From NCBI GenBank assembly GCA_965224245.1, contig OZ245046.1, positions 64,001 through 128,000 of the forward strand: DNA of 64,000 nucleotides. Reading direction: 5' to 3'. Shown here one piece after another: positions 32,131-41,928 of this stretch. The translations under genes were made by a program, and so were the position numbers. The notes under the pieces are model-generated. The model saw nothing but the letters and a program-made list of their open reading frames with translations, ran no database searches and was not told the DNA's origin. How positions within the stretch are numbered: the first letter of the stretch is position 1; each line of letters begins with the position of its first letter. Source of the DNA: Candidatus Eiseniibacteriota bacterium (GTDB lineage Bacteria; Eisenbacteria; RBG-16-71-46; CAZAMP01).

Positions 32131-32184
32131 TGCGACGATCGCCAGCCGTCATGAGCAGTGATGTCGAGATCACGATCGGATCAC

Positions 32185-35100
32185 TCAGGATGGACCCTCC
32201 GAGAATATCGCCTGAACCTCCTCGACGCTCAACGAGCCACAGTAGACGCGAACGTCGTCGATGGTCCCGTCGAAGTGCTCGAGCGGCCGCAGGGTCTTGA
32301 ATGCATCGCGGCCTACCAGAAGTGGGGCGTCCGGATCGATCGCGCTCTGGTCGGGGAGCGGTGCTCGTCCCAGGAGTGCGCCGTCCAGGAAGAAGGATAC
32401 CGAGCGCGTATCGCTGTGGAAGGCCACTCCGATGTGCCGGGCTCGCGAGAGCAGCTGAGCTTCCACCGCGAACTGCCGATACGTCGTCGTGAATCCACCT
32501 GCGGCGAACGGATGTCGCAGCGTCAGCGTCAGGGTGGTGAGGCCGATCGATAGCGACCAGCCGGAGCCGGAAAGTCGATTCCCGCGCTCGTGTGCAAGGA
32601 GTGTCTGGGATCCGTCCTGCGCCCCCGGACCGAACCATCCTAGAATGGTGAAGCTCTGAGCGTCGACGAGACAGTCGGGAACGTCGTCGACTCTGAGAAC
32701 GGCGGTAGGTCCCTCGAGCGAGAAGACGTGTCCCGTCCCTTCCACACGGACCGACGCGCCGTTCTCCAGGCGTCCATCATGCGAACCGATCACGTCACTG
32801 GCCCCCCGGGTCGCATTCCACTGGGCGACGAGCGTGCCATGCGCCGAGTCGATCGCATCGGGAAGAGATCGCGCCGGTGGGCGCGCACCGTCGTCATTCT
32901 CCGTTGACGATCGCTCCGGAGCTCGCGTCGACTCGCTGGTTCGACCGCGTGGGTGTCTGTCCCAGATCTTGACCGTCCCGTCCCTGGAGGCCGATACGAG
33001 CGAACCATCGCGCGAACAGTCCATGTCGACGATCCGATTGGCATGAGCGTCGACCTGCACGATCTCCGTGAGCGAGGTGCCATCCAGTATGTGCAGGACT
33101 CCCGTCGTCGAGCCCAGGAAGAGCCTGCTTCCATCGGAGGAGAAGCCCACCGAGGTGACACTACGGCCGTCGATCACCGTGTCGGATCGGTCAGCTCCGG
33201 TGCAGGGCAGCACACGCACCGCGCCGTCCGCGTAAGCCACGGCCAGCGTGGCTCCATCCGGCGTCGCGGCGACATCCACCACCGCGGCCGCATGCGAGTC
33301 CAGCATCTCGGCGGGATGCCATCCGCTGCACGGCCAGCTGAACACGCGCCCGTCATCGGTTCCCGTGACGAGACGGGATCCGTCCGGAGTGAACAGCGCT
33401 GCCGTCACCAGAGAGGGATGTGGAAGCGGGTCGGCCGCAGGATCCATCGAGCCGAGCGTCCAGATCCTGACGAGGGGCTCGCTGCCCGCAGTGACGTAGA
33501 GATCCTCGGTGGGATGAGTTGCGACCACGAGCACCTGCTCGGGGTCCGCCTGAAAGCAGTGAACGGGGGCTCCGCGGCGATGGCTCGACACGGAGACGAC
33601 GCCGTGCAGCAGCGCGGCGACCAGGTGGTCGCCGTCGTGGGCGAACGCCAGCGCCCGGCAGTCTATGGGCTCGACTCCGGGAATCTGACGCCCGTCGGAT
33701 CCGGCGCCGATGTCCCAGACCCCCGGCAGGTCTCCATCGTGCGCGGCGACCACGGAGCCTCCATCCGGCGTGAACGTCACGCAGATCGGCCACGTCGGTC
33801 GCCACTTGCGGGATGCTCTCCATGTCGGGATGTCGGTCGCGCCCACGTTCCACATCCGCAGGTCACCGCGATCGTCCCCGCTGATGACGGTACCGCCGTC
33901 GGGAGTCAGCGCGAGTGCGCGAACCGGAGTGCGGTGTCCCCTGAGGATGCGTGTCAGAGAGCCACCGGCCACCGACCAGGCGAGCACTCGCCCGTCGTCG
34001 GATACCGAGAACACCTCGTCGCCCGACGGCGAAAAGGCGAGATCGTTCACACCGCCTACATCCCCCGGGAGCGCGGCGACGACGTTTCCGCTCGCGATCT
34101 CCCGAATGATGACCGGGCCTTCCCGGACGATCGCCGCAAGTCGGCCGCCGTCGGGGCTGAACGACACCGCCTCGACTCCTCGACCCATCTGTGGCCACGC
34201 GGACACGCGTGTCCAGGTGGTCGTGTCCCAGAGTTCGATGGTCTGCCGTGCCGTTGCCAGCAGGTCCCCACCGGGCTGAAACGCGACGCCGTGAAGTCGG
34301 ACATGAAAGGGTGCCACCCCGTCCTCGCCGTCGAGCCCGACCTGTGACGGCTGGATCACGGCGACGGGACTCGACAGGTCCGAGAGCGGTGAGACGTATA
34401 CCCGGCCGTCGAGGACGCCCACCGCCGCGTACTCCCCGGCCCCGTCGACGGTGACCTCGCTCCAGAGCATGTCCGGCGCTCCGTCGATCGCTTCGGCTGT
34501 CTCGACGTTCCAGAGAACGACACCCTCGGGATGAGCACTCGTCGGTTCGACGTAGCCGACCAGGATGTGGCGTCCATCCGGCGCGAAGTCGAGGCTCAAG
34601 ACGCCGTGAGCCCACGTCTCCGCGTCGTCCCGTCTCAACGTCCGGATGTGCGACGAGTCCTCGAGATCCCAGATCTTGACGGTCCCATCATAAGAGCCGG
34701 ATGCGAGCCGGGCGCCGTCGGGAGAGACGGCGAGTGCGGTCACCCAGTGATCGTGGCCGTGCCACGTCGCGTAGCTACCGTCGAGGCGACCGTACAGATG
34801 ATCCCACTCCCATCCACGAAGGGAAGGAGGTGCATCGTTCAGCGCCCGTTCCGCCGAATCGAGCTGGTTCGCGAGGATCGCCTTCTCCGCGGCCGCGATG
34901 CTCGCGGAGTACGCGAGTCGTCTCGCGGTCTCCGCTTGCTGCTGGGCACGCGAGTACTGGGTCAGAGCCACGACCAGTCCGACGGCCAGGGCGAGGACGA
35001 TTCCCACGACGCTCGTGACCAGAGCCCGTTGCTTTCGCACGAAGACGCGCGTTCGGTAGCGAAACGTGTCCGGTCGCGCCGTGACGGTGGATCCGTCGAG

Positions 35101-36192
35101 GTGACGTCGAATGTCCTCGCCCAGCTCGTCCGCGGATCGGTAACGATCGTTCGGGTCTTTTCGCAGCGCCTTCGTGAGGATCGTGTCGACGTCGCCTCTC
35201 AGCCGTCGCCGGCGCTGCCGTGCCGACCTCGATTCCCAGGCGGCACCCGAGGGCAGCCGCGCGCTGGCCCGCGGAGGCGTGTCCTCGCAGATGGCCCGGT
35301 CGAGCTTCCACGTATCGACCTCGGACACCTCGTACGGTGAGCAACCCGTCAGAATCTCGTAGAGGACGACCCCGAGCGAGTACACGTCCGTCGCGGGGGT
35401 CACCCGCTCGCCTCGGATCTGCTCGGGGCTGGCATAGCGAGGGGTCAACATGCGGAGTCGCGTGACCGCCTGCTCGGCGACGTCACTCGGATCCAGGATC
35501 TTCGCCAGTCCGAAGTCGAGCAGCTTCACGTGTCCGGAGCGGTCGACGAGGATGTTGGAGGGCTTGAGATCGCGATGGACGATGAGATTGCGATGTGCGG
35601 AGCTGACCGCGGCGCAGACGGCGCGGAAGAGCTCGAGACACTCGCGTGTGGAGAGTGCGGCGGTGTGGCAATGCTCGTCGATGGGGCGGCCGTCCACGTA
35701 CTCCATGACGATGTACGGAACGCCCTCCTCGGTCGCGCCGCCGTCCAGAAGCCGGGCGATGTTGGGATGATCGAGGCTCGCGAGCACCTGCCGCTCGGTG
35801 CGAAAGCGATCGAGCATCACCTCCGCCACGAGCGCGGACCGCAGGAGCTTGATCGCGACCTGCTTCTCGTACTCGGCGTCGCTTCGCTCCGCCAGATAGA
35901 CGGCTCCCATCCCACCCGTCGCGATGAGTGACCGGATCGTGTAAGAGCCGACTCGCGTACCCACGGGGAACTCGTCGAGCGCACGGATCGCCGCGGCCAG
36001 ATCGGCCTTCGCCGCCGACGGATCCAGGGTATCGCCCACCGCCTCGTGGGCCCTCAGCAGGGAGCGAACCTCCTCCAGCAGCTCCGAATCTCCGGCACAT
36101 ACCCGGTGGAGAAAGCCATCACGTTCCTCGGCCGGAAGGCCGAGCGCGTCGTGGAAGAGCGTCGCGGCGTCTGACGAGTTCTGGTCGTTCAT
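32185..36192 (-). CDS. Membrane Ser/Thr kinase with WD40 repeats and C-terminal LamG/ConA-like domain (STK4)
   Basis: GGMGAVY, HRDLKPSN, DFGLAK, LTPRYASPE; TM segment; GH...SGSYDGTVKIWD repeats; terminal FDGTIDDVRVY..SLS.EEV. Confidence 0.93.
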   Translation of the reverse strand: MNDQNSSDAATLFHDALGLPAEERDGFLHRVCAGDSELLEEVRSLLRAHEAVGDTLDPSAAKADLAAAIRALDEFPVGTRVGSYTIRSLIATGGMGAVYLAERSDAEYEKQVAIKLLRSALVAEVMLDRFRTERQVLASLDHPNIARLLDGGATEEGVPYIVMEYVDGRPIDEHCHTAALSTRECLELFRAVCAAVSSAHRNLIVHRDLKPSNILVDRSGHVKLLDFGLAKILDPSDVAEQAVTRLRMLTPRYASPEQIRGERVTPATDVYSLGVVLYEILTGCSPYEVSEVDTWKLDRAICEDTPPRASARLPSGAAWESRSARQRRRRLRGDVDTILTKALRKDPNDRYRSADELGEDIRRHLDGSTVTARPDTFRYRTRVFVRKQRALVTSVVGIVLALAVGLVVALTQYSRAQQQAETARRLAYSASIAAAEKAILANQLDSAERALNDAPPSLRGWEWDHLYGRLDGSYATWHGHDHWVTALAVSPDGARLASGSYDGTVKIWDLEDSSHIRTLRRDDAETWAHGVLSLDFAPDGRHILVGYVEPTSAHPEGVVLWNVETAEAIDGAPDMLWSEVTVDGAGEYAAVGVLDGRVYVSPLSDLSSPVAVIQPSQVGLDGEDGVAPFHVRLHGVAFQPGGDLLATARQTIELWDTTTWTRVSAWPQMGRGVEAVSFSPDGGRLAAIVREGPVIIREIASGNVVAALPGDVGGVNDLAFSPSGDEVFSVSDDGRVLAWSVAGGSLTRILRGHRTPVRALALTPDGGTVISGDDRGDLRMWNVGATDIPTWRASRKWRPTWPICVTFTPDGGSVVAAHDGDLPGVWDIGAGSDGRQIPGVEPIDCRALAFAHDGDHLVAALLHGVVSVSSHRRGAPVHCFQADPEQVLVVATHPTEDLYVTAGSEPLVRIWTLGSMDPAADPLPHPSLVTAALFTPDGSRLVTGTDDGRVFSWPCSGWHPAEMLDSHAAAVVDVAATPDGATLAVAYADGAVRVLPCTGADRSDTVIDGRSVTSVGFSSDGSRLFLGSTTGVLHILDGTSLTEIVQVDAHANRIVDMDCSRDGSLVSASRDGTVKIWDRHPRGRTSESTRAPERSSTENDDGARPPARSLPDAIDSAHGTLVAQWNATRGASDVIGSHDGRLENGASVRVEGTGHVFSLEGPTAVLRVDDVPDCLVDAQSFTILGWFGPGAQDGSQTLLAHERGNRLSGSGWSLSIGLTTLTLTLRHPFAAGGFTTTYRQFAVEAQLLSRARHIGVAFHSDTRSVSFFLDGALLGRAPLPDQSAIDPDAPLLVGRDAFKTLRPLEHFDGTIDDVRVYCGSLSVEEVQAIFSEGPS

Positions 36193-36329
36193 CGGCCCCT
36201 TTGATCGATGACCGGCGCCCCGCCCGCGCGGTGGCCGGGGTGCCTCGGAAGGATGTGGCCGGCAGTCGTTGAAGTGGCTTGTTTGCTAGTATATAGCAGG
36301 TTTGGGGATCGACTGAAGAGGACACGAGC

Positions 36330-36899
36330 TTGTCACGACGCCACGACTTCACCGACCTGCTGCGAGCGACCGCCAGCGGTGACCCGTCCGCCGCCGCGGA
36401 CATGATTCCTGTCGTCTATGGTGAGCTTCGCCGTCTCGCGCAGTCCTATCTGGCCGGCGAGAGACCGGACCACACGCTACAGGCCACCGAGCTGGTCCAC
36501 GAGGCGTATCTTCGACTCGTCGACCAGACCCGCGCACGAATCAACGACCGCGGGCACTTCATGGCACTCGCGGCGACGGCCATGAGGCGGGTCCTGGTGG
36601 ATCATGCCCGGCGTCGCGGAAGCCGCCGGCGCGGCCGAGGTGCGGCGACGCTGCCGCTCGACGAGGCCGCGACGGTCACGGCCGATCCATTACGGATCGA
36701 CTATGTCGCACTGGACCGCGCGCTCGACGAGCTGGCGGGTGTCGCTCCGGACTCGGCGAAGGTCGTGGAGCTGCGCTTCTTCTCCGGACTCACGGTTGAC
36801 GACGTGGCCACCTGCATCGGTGTCTCGTCGAGAACGGTGAGGCGACACTGGACATACGGGCGTGCCTGGCTCCACAGGCGCCTGAACGAGCCTGCCTAG
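36330..36899 (+). CDS. ECF sigma factor, TIGR02999-like (ECF3), divergent from STK4
   Basis: FTDLL..TASGD, HTLQATELVHEAYLRL, AMRRVLVDHAR, VELRFFSGLT; TTG start after a GAGGA RBS. Confidence 0.92.
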   Translation: MSRRHDFTDLLRATASGDPSAAADMIPVVYGELRRLAQSYLAGERPDHTLQATELVHEAYLRLVDQTRARINDRGHFMALAATAMRRVLVDHARRRGSRRRGRGAATLPLDEAATVTADPLRIDYVALDRALDELAGVAPDSAKVVELRFFSGLTVDDVATCIGVSSRTVRRHWTYGRAWLHRRLNEPA

Positions 36900-37000
36900 C
36901 CGTGCGTTCGCTGGTAGCCAGACGGTCTTGACCGACTCTCCTGACGCGAACTCCTCGAATCTCCATGGGCGCGAGGGGCGCGAGGGGCCCACGGTACACG

Positions 37001-37009
37001 TGATACACT
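37001..37009 (+). promoter_or_regulatory. Candidate sigma70 extended -10 element (TGnTACACT)
   Basis: TGATACACT upstream of the 37146 gene; the same 11-mer TGATACACTCG occurs at 44231. Confidence 0.45.
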
Positions 37010-37145
37010 CGTCGAACGGTCGGAGCCGTCCTTCTCCAGTCCCCGCTCCTGCTGGCGACGTTCTCGGCCGAGGTTCATGACGGGTATCGGTGCCGCATCC
37101 AGTCCGCTCCGGACGAGATCGGCCCACCGTCCGCATGGGGGTGTC

Positions 37146-40100
37146 ATGAACACGCTGCGCCGCCACGGCGACCACCGTCGCCGAGATCCCCTCGTCGCCA
37201 CACCGCTCATGTTTCGGTGTCTCATCCGCGTGGTGATCGGGTGCCTCGTGGCGGCGATGGCATCGGCTTCCACTCCAGAAGCAGGCTCGGGCAACGACCC
37301 GCTCCCACCGCGATCCGGACTCGAGGATCTGATCGTCACGACGGACTCGGTGCTCGTCGCGGGCTCATACGTCTTCGACATGGTCTCGGTGACCAACGGT
37401 GCGACGTTGACTCTGGAAGGGTACGTCGAGATCGATGCCGCGAGCGTCTCCATCGACGCGGGGGCTCGTGTGTCTGCCGACGGAACCGGATATGGATCGG
37501 GTCAAGGGCCCGGTGGTGGAGGCGGGGACGGTTACGGGGGCGCCGGAGGTGGCCACGGCGGTCGTGGCGGCGACGGTGGGCTCGGTCAGAGCGGCGGATC
37601 GACATACGGATCGGCAGTCGGTCCCGACCAGATGGGCAGCGGAGGTGGCGGTCCGGGTGGAAGCGGGGGATCCGGTGGGGGCGCCATCGTGCTCGACGTC
37701 ACCGGTGCGGTGACGATCGACGGCGTGCTGTCCGCCGACGGGGCGAGCGCGAGTGGACAGAGCGGTGGCGGAGCCGGCGGTACGATTCGCATCGACGCCA
37801 CGACCGTTTCCGGCACCGGGGAGCTCCACGCGAACGGGGGCGCGAGTGGCTCCACCGGTGGTGCCGCGGCAGGCGGCGGCGGTGGAGGGGGACGGATCTA
37901 TCTTCGAAGCTCCGTCTTCGACCTCACCGGACCGATCACGGCGACCGGTGGCACCGGCGTCGCGGAGTCCGGCGCGGCCGGAACGATAGGACGTGAAGAC
38001 GTCAGCACCGGGTCGTTTCACGCCGGAGCGACGTGGCGCTTCCAGATCGACGACTCCCCCTTCACGTTCGACCACGTGGTGCTCGCCACCGCGACGGCCC
38101 AGTTGGACAGCGCGGTCGTGATCACATCGCAGGACCTCGTGATCCGCGACGGATCGACGCTCTTCACGACCGGCACCGAGACGCTCGGCGTCCAGGAGAT
38201 TCGAGTCGTGTCGACGTCCCAGGTTCGAGGCAACGTCGAGATCGACGTCGATGAGCTGCGGGTCGACGCGACCTCCTCGATCTCGGCAGACGGTCATGGA
38301 TACCCGGCGGCGCAGGGTCCCGGCGCCGGTTCCGGTGGGGGCTACGGTGGTAGTGGTGGGGGGCACGGAGGCCGCGGAGGGAGTGGTGGTCTCGGCTTCG
38401 TCGGCGGGGCGCGCAACGGCTCGGCGACCAGCCCCGATGACTTCGGGAGCGGTGGCGGCGGACCGAGCAGCGGTGGCGGGCGCGGTGGCGGCCGGATCCG
38501 CATCATCGTCGCGGACTCCCTTCACGTGGACGGCGTCGTCTCTGCACACGGAGACGGCGCATCGGGCGCCCAGTCCGGCGGCGGTGCGGGAGGCACCATC
38601 TTCGCGAGCACGAGCTACCTGTCTGGTTCCGGGTTGCTCGCGGCTTCGGGAGGTGCGAGCGGCCCGACCGGTGGCGCCGCGGCGGGCGGTGGTGGCGGTG
38701 GAGGTCGAGTCCTCGTCGAGTACGTCTCGTCGACGTTCGGCGGCAGCCTCGACGTCGCCGGCGGCACCGGCGTTGGCGAGGACGGCGAGGACGGAACGGC
38801 GGCCTTTCACGATCTGTCGCTCGACGCCCTCGTCACTGGCCATGCGTGGCGGTTCCAGGAGAGCGACAGCCCCTTCTTTGCCGATTTCGTGATCATCGGA
38901 GGCGGGTCGTCGGCCATCGCCGACTCGGGAGCGGTGATCGGCGCCGGCGAGCTCACGCTGTCCGATGGAGGGCAGCTCCACGTGTCGGGCGACGAGTCTC
39001 TGACGGCCGACGCGACCTACCTGACCGGCGGCTCGACGATCGCCGGCAACTTGCGGATCTTCGGAACGGACCTGACGATCGACGCGACGTCGAGCATCTC
39101 GGCCGAGAAGCTCGGATATGCGCGCGGAGCGGGCCCCGGTGCCGGCCAGACCCCATCTCCCGGCGGATGCGGCGCGGGACACGGCGGACGTGGAGGAGAC
39201 GCCCTCGGCCTTCCGGGCGGACTGGACTACGGGATAGCCAGTGCGCCCCTGCAGTGGGGCAGTGGAGGCGGCGGTAGCGGCGGCGCCGGCGGCGGCGCCA
39301 TCCAGATCTTGCTCACGGGACAGCTCGTCGTCGACGGCGTCATCTCGGTGGACGGCGGCGCGGCGGCGGGTGGCAGTCAGGACGGCGGTGGCTCGGGGGG
39401 AAGCATCTACGTGATCGCGGACGCCGTATCCGGGAGCGGCTCCCTCACCGCCAACGGGGGCGCGAGCGGTCCAGTCGGCGGCGCCGCGGCCGGGGGAGGG
39501 GGGGGCGGAGGCCGCATCGCGATCTACTACGACACGGTTCTCGACGTGACGGGTGCGATCGTCGCGGACGGAGGACCCGGCGTCGGGGACGATGGGGATC
39601 CCGGCACGATCGTGCTCTCTCAGGACCCACTGGCGATCTATCCGACGCGGGGCGGGCGCACCGGTGTCATCACGACCATCATCTCCGGCGCGTTCTTCGC
39701 TCCCGGATCGACGGTGCGTCTCCAGGGGCCGGGATCGATCGAGGCGGCCTCGGTCGACGTCGTCACGAGCACGTATGCACGCGCGACGTTTCAGCTCCTG
39801 GACGACGCGCTCGGATCCTACGACGTCGTGGTCGCGGCTCCCGACGGCACCGAGATCCGACTGCACGATGGATTCACGATCGAGGAGGTCGAGGCGCCCG
39901 ATCCGTGGATCGACGTGATCGGACGTAGCCAGACACGGACCGGGTTCCACGAGACGTTCACGATTCTCTACGGGAACCGAGGAAACGTCGATGCGCTGTG
40001 GGTGCCGATCACGTTCGACGGCATCCCGCTCGCCGCGGAGTGGGAGCTGCGCACCGAGCTGACCTACCTCGAGGCTGAAGGACACTCCATCGACTGGACC

Positions 40101-41804
40101 ACGATACCGGTCGACGTCGACTCGCTGACCACGGCGCGATTCGTGCCGCTGCTCGTCAGTCGGATCCCCGCCGGCCACACCGGCACCATCCAGTTCACGG
40201 TGGAGGTGTCCCAGCCGATCACGTTCCGGACGTGGGCGAATCCGCCGCTGATTCGGAACCTCCCGTCGTCGCTGGTGGGAACAGCCGGTCAGCCGGGTGA
40301 AGAGTGCGCGCTCGCGCTGCTGCAGCTCTCGTCGGCGATTCTGGACGCCGTGCCCGGCGCGTCGTGCGTGAGTGCGGCGACGTCGTATCTGATGGACAAC
40401 CTCCAGTCGTACTCCCTCGCGTTTGCCGAACCAACCGTGCTCTCCGGGCTCCAGGTGTTCGCCAGCCAGTTTCTCGGTGCCTTCTCGATCGCGGGACCGT
40501 GCCTCAAGGAAGAGGTCCCGTACATCGGCGAGATCATGACGGCCCTGAAGGTCACGTTTGCCGGGATCGCCACGGTCGAGGAGTGTGGGCCCGTGTTCGC
40601 CGCACTGGCCGAGCACTACTTCCCCGTCGAGCCGGCGATGGCGCGCGATCCGAACGCAAAGTACGGCCCGCTCGGGATTGGCGTGCCCCGGTACGTTCGG
40701 GGACTGGATCCGCAGCGGTACGTGGTCATGTTCGAGAACGTCGAGGACGCGACGGCGGCGGCGCGGGACGTCGTGATCGCCGATTCCCTCGACGCCACCA
40801 AAGCGGACATCGGTACGTTCGAGGTCGGCCCGATCACGATCGGGGAGCGCATCGTCGTGCCTCCACCCGGGCTCAGCTTCTTCGAGACGACCGTCGACCT
40901 GCGTCCGGATCTGGACGTGCTCGTGCGCGTCAGCGGCGGGCTCGAGGTCGGATCGTCGAGAGCGATCTGGCGGTTTCGGACGCTGGATCCGGCCACGGGA
41001 CTTCCGCCGGCCGACCCGCTCGCTGGTTTTCTGCCGCCGAACCTCAACCCTCCCGAAGGCGAAGGCAGCGTCACGTTCAGCGTCGGGCTCGTCGAGGGGC
41101 TCGTCACCGGAACGCAGGTCACCAACGATGCGTCGATCGTGTTCGACACGAACGACCCGATCCTCACGGACGTGTGGTGGAACTCGCTCGACGTCACCGA
41201 GCCCTCGTCCGAGGTTCAACAGCTCGCGTTTGACCAGGACACGACGAGCTTCGTCGTGAACTGGTCCGGATCCGACGGCGAGTCCGGACTTCGTGACTTC
41301 AACGTGTACGTCGCGCGGAGTGAGACCGACCCCTCGGGGGGCCCGTTCGAGGCGTGGCTCGTCAACACGAGCGCCGTGTCGGACACGTTCCATGCGGATG
41401 CCGGCTACATCTACGCGTTCTACAGCACGGGACGTGACTCCGTCGGGAACCGCGAGGCCGCGCCGTCCGTTCCGGATGCGATCACGCAAGTTCTTCTCGA
41501 CGCGGGGGAGGTGCCTGGCGTTCCGAAGGTGCACGCTCTGCATGCGAGCCGACCGAACCCGTTTCACCGTCATGCCGTGATTCGGTTCGACGTTGCGGAG
41601 GCCGCACCGGTGCGCGTCGCCGTGTTCGACGTGGCGGGACGCCTGGTGCGGACGCTCGTCGACGAGTCGACCGTGCCGGGGTGGTACGCCACGACCTGGA
41701 CGGGAGTCACGTCGAGCGGGTCGATGGCAGCCGCCGGGGTCTACTTCGTGGAGATGGAGGTCGCCGGACGACGTTTCACGCGCCGGCTCGTCCACGTCAG
41801 GTGA
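37146..41804 (+). CDS. Large secreted Gly-rich repeat protein with Ig-like domains and FlgD-Ig/T9SS-type CTD
   Basis: Signal peptide (start 37146 or 37209); three ~270-aa Gly-rich repeats; ARDPNAKYGP; GEGSVTFSV...NDASIVFDTNDPI; CTD SRPNPF...VFDVAGRLVRTLV...GVYFV. Confidence 0.85.
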   Translation: MNTLRRHGDHRRRDPLVATPLMFRCLIRVVIGCLVAAMASASTPEAGSGNDPLPPRSGLEDLIVTTDSVLVAGSYVFDMVSVTNGATLTLEGYVEIDAASVSIDAGARVSADGTGYGSGQGPGGGGGDGYGGAGGGHGGRGGDGGLGQSGGSTYGSAVGPDQMGSGGGGPGGSGGSGGGAIVLDVTGAVTIDGVLSADGASASGQSGGGAGGTIRIDATTVSGTGELHANGGASGSTGGAAAGGGGGGGRIYLRSSVFDLTGPITATGGTGVAESGAAGTIGREDVSTGSFHAGATWRFQIDDSPFTFDHVVLATATAQLDSAVVITSQDLVIRDGSTLFTTGTETLGVQEIRVVSTSQVRGNVEIDVDELRVDATSSISADGHGYPAAQGPGAGSGGGYGGSGGGHGGRGGSGGLGFVGGARNGSATSPDDFGSGGGGPSSGGGRGGGRIRIIVADSLHVDGVVSAHGDGASGAQSGGGAGGTIFASTSYLSGSGLLAASGGASGPTGGAAAGGGGGGGRVLVEYVSSTFGGSLDVAGGTGVGEDGEDGTAAFHDLSLDALVTGHAWRFQESDSPFFADFVIIGGGSSAIADSGAVIGAGELTLSDGGQLHVSGDESLTADATYLTGGSTIAGNLRIFGTDLTIDATSSISAEKLGYARGAGPGAGQTPSPGGCGAGHGGRGGDALGLPGGLDYGIASAPLQWGSGGGGSGGAGGGAIQILLTGQLVVDGVISVDGGAAAGGSQDGGGSGGSIYVIADAVSGSGSLTANGGASGPVGGAAAGGGGGGGRIAIYYDTVLDVTGAIVADGGPGVGDDGDPGTIVLSQDPLAIYPTRGGRTGVITTIISGAFFAPGSTVRLQGPGSIEAASVDVVTSTYARATFQLLDDALGSYDVVVAAPDGTEIRLHDGFTIEEVEAPDPWIDVIGRSQTRTGFHETFTILYGNRGNVDALWVPITFDGIPLAAEWELRTELTYLEAEGHSIDWTTIPVDVDSLTTARFVPLLVSRIPAGHTGTIQFTVEVSQPITFRTWANPPLIRNLPSSLVGTAGQPGEECALALLQLSSAILDAVPGASCVSAATSYLMDNLQSYSLAFAEPTVLSGLQVFASQFLGAFSIAGPCLKEEVPYIGEIMTALKVTFAGIATVEECGPVFAALAEHYFPVEPAMARDPNAKYGPLGIGVPRYVRGLDPQRYVVMFENVEDATAAARDVVIADSLDATKADIGTFEVGPITIGERIVVPPPGLSFFETTVDLRPDLDVLVRVSGGLEVGSSRAIWRFRTLDPATGLPPADPLAGFLPPNLNPPEGEGSVTFSVGLVEGLVTGTQVTNDASIVFDTNDPILTDVWWNSLDVTEPSSEVQQLAFDQDTTSFVVNWSGSDGESGLRDFNVYVARSETDPSGGPFEAWLVNTSAVSDTFHADAGYIYAFYSTGRDSVGNREAAPSVPDAITQVLLDAGEVPGVPKVHALHASRPNPFHRHAVIRFDVAEAAPVRVAVFDVAGRLVRTLVDESTVPGWYATTWTGVTSSGSMAAAGVYFVEMEVAGRRFTRRLVHVR

Positions 41805-41928
41805 CCCGACCGGGCTCTCGGCGCGTACGTAGTATTCCCGATGGTGCCCGACATCGCCGCCGTCCCATGCTCGTCAAACCGAGCTGTCTCGAGCCAGGGG
41901 CGCCGGCAACCGGATCCCGGAGCGTGCC

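Noticed and set aside
36969-36988. Two-copy 10-bp tandem repeat GCGCGAGGGG
   Set aside because: Too short and GC-rich to be distinguished from chance.
37452-39620. Possible PE_PGRS or collagen-like protein
   Set aside because: No PE domain and no Gly-X-Y periodicity; it has a signal peptide and a CTD.
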